Of a stretch of DNA of 16,829 nucleotides, positions 15,915 to 16,829 are shown in pieces. The notes under the pieces were generated by a model that worked only from the letters and a program-made list of their open reading frames with translations, was not told the DNA's origin and did no database searches. The DNA is from Planctomycetota bacterium. GTDB lineage: Bacteria; Planctomycetota; GCA-002687715; DRQF01. Location: NCBI GenBank assembly GCA_027001995.1, contig JALTLO010000200.1:72028-88856 (forward strand), given 5' to 3'. Numbering within the stretch: position 1 is the stretch's first letter; every line of letters begins with the position of its first letter. Position numbers and translations under genes: made by a program.

Positions 15915-16163
15915 TTTCACACCCCAATTCAGACCCATATTCAAAAACCTATTGGCAAATCCTCTATAGGAAAAAATGGGAAATCCATCTGGCAAAAACA
16001 GGAATTCTCATTCCTTTTCTTTTGACTCCCGCGAACGAGTGGACGAAATCCCCCCCATCCGCTAAATTCTCACCCGAGGTCGGCCTCTCTCACAAGTTGG
16101 GACAGGTGGCTTTTCGCCCGAATTGCGGGCCACGAGCGGATCAAGGAAACGGAACCTAACTGA

Positions 16164-16829
16164 ATGTCTGACTCTTCCAGTCAAGTTACCCCCGAAGGGG
16201 AGCTGTTTGGCCACCCATGTGGCCTCTTTACCCTGTTTTTTGCCGAGATGTGGGAACGATTCTCCTACTACGGCATGCGCGCCCTACTAACCCTCTACAT
16301 GATCAAGGGATTCCTTGGTTATGGCGATGGTCAGGCTTTCGCCGTCTACGGTGCCTACACAGCATTGGTCTACGCCACGCCATTCATCGGCGGCATGATC
16401 GCGGATCGTCTCTTAGGAGCACGAAAAGCCGTTGTCCTTGGCGGTATTCTGATGTCGGCGGGTCATCTCGTCATGATGGTGAACCAAAGCGTGTTCTTCT
16501 TTGCCGCTTTGGCCCTCCTGATCGTGGGTAATGGTTTCTTCAAACCGAACATCTCCACCATCGTCGGCGGTCTCTATAAACCAGGGGACGATCGTCGAGA
16601 TCGAGGCTTCACGATTTTCTACATGGGTATTAACTTAGGCGCCGCTTTGGCCCCCCTTCTCTGCGGTTATGTGGGCGAGAAATTTGGCTGGCACTATGGT
16701 TTCGGCCTGGCCACCATCGGAATGCTCATTGGATTAGCCGTTTTCTGGGCTCCCAAGGGCATTGCTCAAGCTCTCATCTTAGGGGGAGCCATCTTGACTT
16801 CCGCTTCCATGATTTGGTTGCAATTAGAC
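16164..16829 (+). CDS. POT/PTR family proton-dependent oligopeptide MFS transporter; 3'-truncated by the window and absent from the ORF track
   Basis: Manual translation from ATG 16164: MSDSSSQVTPEGELFGHPCGLFTLFFAEMWERFSYYGMRALL...GGMIADRLLG...GNGFFKPNISTIVG...RDRGFTIFYMGINLGA. It contains the ExxERFxYY and FYxxINxG motifs and stays open to the window end. Confidence 0.95.
   Translation, partial: MSDSSSQVTPEGELFGHPCGLFTLFFAEMWERFSYYGMRALLTLYMIKGFLGYGDGQAFAVYGAYTALVYATPFIGGMIADRLLGARKAVVLGGILMSAGHLVMMVNQSVFFFAALALLIVGNGFFKPNISTIVGGLYKPGDDRRDRGFTIFYMGINLGAALAPLLCGYVGEKFGWHYGFGLATIGMLIGLAVFWAPKGIAQALILGGAILTSASMIWLQLD

Noticed and set aside
16022..16050. TTGACT as a sigma70 -35 element for the transporter
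   Set aside because: No credible -10 element at 16-18 nt spacing.
16217..16531. 104-aa ORF in the track
   Set aside because: It is an off-frame shadow of the POT transporter, whose frame starts at 16164.
2941..16829. M61 peptidase and POT transporter as a peptide-scavenging system
   Set aside because: They are more than 11 kb apart with unrelated genes between them, and nothing in the sequence links them.

Overview
Gene-dense bacterial chromosomal window of roughly 50% GC (estimated by eye). The host is probably Planctomycetota or another PVC-type organism; this is inferred from the TPR/FG-GAP/ASPIC-UnbV protein and a secreted protein with a Planctomycetota-like C-terminal tail. Eleven CDSs are supported, in this order: a 5'-truncated TPR + FG-GAP + ASPIC/UnbV protein, an M61 PDZ metallopeptidase, class II fructose-bisphosphate aldolase (fbaA), a CBM9/DUF5916-like outer-membrane protein translationally coupled to an AsnB-type amidotransferase, a DUF1294 membrane protein coupled to a TRAM-less m5U RNA methyltransferase, an uncharacterised secreted protein, an ATP-grasp/low-molecular-weight phosphatase fusion with an upstream Methyltransf_24-type methyltransferase, and a 3'-truncated POT peptide transporter that the ORF track missed. 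I saw no mobile elements, CRISPR arrays, tRNA or rRNA. The best leads are (i) the methyltransferase plus ATP-grasp-phosphatase module with a variant P-loop (CYGNINRS) and (ii) a strand-specific, multi-hairpin, switch-like leader RNA upstream of the secreted protein.
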